DNA of 64,000 nt from NCBI RefSeq assembly GCF_001677475.2, contig NZ_CP015229.1. One strand, 5' to 3'. The position numbers and the translations under genes are program-made. Source of the stretch: Escherichia coli. Lineage in GTDB: Bacteria > Pseudomonadota > Gammaproteobacteria > Enterobacterales > Enterobacteriaceae. The notes beneath the pieces were generated by a model, which was not told the origin of the DNA, made no database searches, and was given only the letters and a program-made list of their open reading frames with translations. Of the stretch, positions 62,184-64,000 are shown piece after piece. How positions within the stretch are numbered: position 1 is the first letter of the stretch; every line of letters begins with the position of its first letter.

Positions 62184-63140
62184 TCAGGACGACGGGGGCA
62201 GGCATGAATCCTCCTCCAGATGGAGACGTACAGAGGCAACTTCTGCCAGCACAGAGAGGGCCAGTGTATGCGCATCCCGGGCTTTGGGGAATATCCCGAT
62301 GGGTGCCCGGATTTGCGCTGTCTCCTCCCTGGACCATCCCAGCTCGTGGAGCTTTTGCAGACGTAAAGTGTGGGTTCGATAGCTGCCCAATGCGCCGAGA
62401 TAAAAGGGTTTTGCCTCTCGCGCGGCCTGCAACACTGGCAGCTCCCGGTTGAGATCATGGCACAGCAAAATGACCGCCGTATCGGTATCGATCTGAGCGC
62501 TGGCTGAGGCCGGAAAAAGATCGAAGATATGGTTGTCATAGCCTGTGGCTGCTGCAAGACTCGCGGTTGCCTGCGCCTCAAGAGAACCTCCGTAAATCAA
62601 CAGCCTGACGCATGGCCTGAACCCTACCTCAAAGCCATTGAGATTCCAGCCCGTTCGGGTTTGCGTGGGCAGGCACACCAGCGATTGTGCTTGCGGATCA
62701 TAGCGCAGCCCCGCCGGTTTTCTCTGTTCCAGGCGGTTCAGCACGGCGAGCAGAGGCTGTGCCGTGCGTAGTTTATGGAGCGTCAGCGTGATCCCACCGC
62801 CGCAGGGCAGAACGATGTCAAACCACGGCGAACCTTCGCCATAGCGAATTTCGCGATCGCAGCCTGAGCCCATCATCTCCAGCGCTTCAAAAGCGGCAGC
62901 GGCCTCCACGCAGCCGCCAGAGACAAAACCGCAGTAACGACCATCTTCGCGCACCACCATCTGCGCCCCGAGCGGGCGCGCCGCGCCGCCGCGTATCTCC
63001 ACCAGCGTCACCAGCACCGCTCCTTTACCGGACATTAGCGCCTCTACGGCGAAGCGCAGAATGGTCCGGTGGTCATCGGTGAGAAACGCCTGCTCTGGCT
63101 TATGCCAGTGTTCGTCTTTGTCAAAAAGCGGGTATGACAT
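62184..63140 (-). CDS. paoD: XdhC/CoxI-family molybdenum cofactor insertion chaperone (PaoD-like)
   Basis: 318 aa; XdhC N-terminal and Rossmann-like domains (LLIYGGS). Confidence 0.75.
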   Translation of the reverse strand: MSYPLFDKDEHWHKPEQAFLTDDHRTILRFAVEALMSGKGAVLVTLVEIRGGAARPLGAQMVVREDGRYCGFVSGGCVEAAAAFEALEMMGSGCDREIRYGEGSPWFDIVLPCGGGITLTLHKLRTAQPLLAVLNRLEQRKPAGLRYDPQAQSLVCLPTQTRTGWNLNGFEVGFRPCVRLLIYGGSLEAQATASLAAATGYDNHIFDLFPASASAQIDTDTAVILLCHDLNRELPVLQAAREAKPFYLGALGSYRTHTLRLQKLHELGWSREETAQIRAPIGIFPKARDAHTLALSVLAEVASVRLHLEEDSCLPPSS

Positions 63141-63149
63141 TGTTCCTCC

Positions 63150-64000
63150 TTAAACCACATCCGGCAGCTTATCGAGCAGCTTATCCAGAGTGATGGGATA
63201 ATCCCGTACCCGAATACCGGTGGCGTTATACACCGCGTTGGCGATAGCCGCGCTCACGCCGCACAGGCCCAGCTCACCGACACCTTTGGCCTTCATCGGG
63301 GAGGATATGGGGTCGGTATCATCCAGGAAAATCACCTCCTGTTTTGGGATATCCGCATGGACCGGCACCTCATACCCCGCCATATCGTGATTAACGAAGT
63401 AGCCCAAACGGTCATCCACCGCCAGCTCCTCCATCAGTGCCGCGCCCATGCCCATAGTCATTGCGCCAATGACCTGGCTGCGTGCAGTTTTCGGATTCAG
63501 GATGCGTCCTGCAGCACACACAGCGAGCATACGCCGGACCCGAACTTCTCCCGTCGCGCTATGCACGCCGACCTCCACAAAATGCCCGGCAAAGGTCGAC
63601 TGCTGGTACTCCTTGCTCAGTGTTCCGAATTCAATGCTCTCTTCCGCTGTCAGTCTGCCGCCTGCGGTGGCCTCACGTAGCGTGGCGCTACGGGTACCGT
63701 TGGTAATCTTGCCGTCGGCAAACTGCGACTGCTCAGGATCAAACCCGACAGCCGAGGCAATCATTTCGCGAAGTTTCACGCAGGCGGCGTAAACGCCAGA
63801 GGTGGAGGTATTCGCGCCCCATTGTCCGCCAGAACCCGCAGAAACCGGGAAACTGGAATCGCCGAGGTGAACCGCAACCTGCTCCAGCGGTACGCCAAGC
63901 ATTTCCGCTGCCGTCTGGGCCAGAATGGTGTAGCTGCCGGTGCCAATGTCGGTCATGTCCGTTTCTACGGTAACGGTGCCGTTTTGTTCGAGGTGAACCC
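63150..64000 (-). CDS. paoC: Aldehyde oxidoreductase molybdopterin-binding subunit (PaoC-like), C-terminal part; 5' end beyond window
   Basis: Reading frame stays open to window end; C-terminal domain of xanthine dehydrogenase family. Confidence 0.7.
   Translation of the reverse strand, partial: VHLEQNGTVTVETDMTDIGTGSYTILAQTAAEMLGVPLEQVAVHLGDSSFPVSAGSGGQWGANTSTSGVYAACVKLREMIASAVGFDPEQSQFADGKITNGTRSATLREATAGGRLTAEESIEFGTLSKEYQQSTFAGHFVEVGVHSATGEVRVRRMLAVCAAGRILNPKTARSQVIGAMTMGMGAALMEELAVDDRLGYFVNHDMAGYEVPVHADIPKQEVIFLDDTDPISSPMKAKGVGELGLCGVSAAIANAVYNATGIRVRDYPITLDKLLDKLPDVV

Overview
Enterobacterial chromosome segment, gene content and order like Escherichia coli. Positions 1-36369 hold an apparently intact Flag-2 lateral flagellar cluster (lfhAB, lfiRQPNM, lafK, lfiEFGHIJ, lfgNMA, lfgBCDEFGHIJKL, lafW, lafZ, lafABCDEFSTU), with an embedded module predicted to make and transfer CDP-glycerol/glycans. 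It is followed by dinB-yafNOP, an intact rtcB2-prfH pair, pepD, gpt, frsA, crl, phoE, proBA and tRNA-Thr (thrW). Directly 3' of thrW is a low-GC island with a truncated integrase, an unknown small ORF, a 1069-aa reverse transcriptase-nitrilase fusion (the strongest candidate for a defence system here) and an AbiEi/AbiEii-like pair. The window ends with two LysR-linked modules (SDR + small secreted protein; Cys-hydrolase + MFS transporter) and paoD/paoC-like genes. Noncoding content includes REP/BIME clusters, two ERIC elements, three copies of a ~130-bp GC-rich nested palindrome, sigma-54 promoters, a LexA box and a Pho box. No CRISPR array or rRNA was seen. All calls are from reading the sequence and ORF translations; no database search was run.
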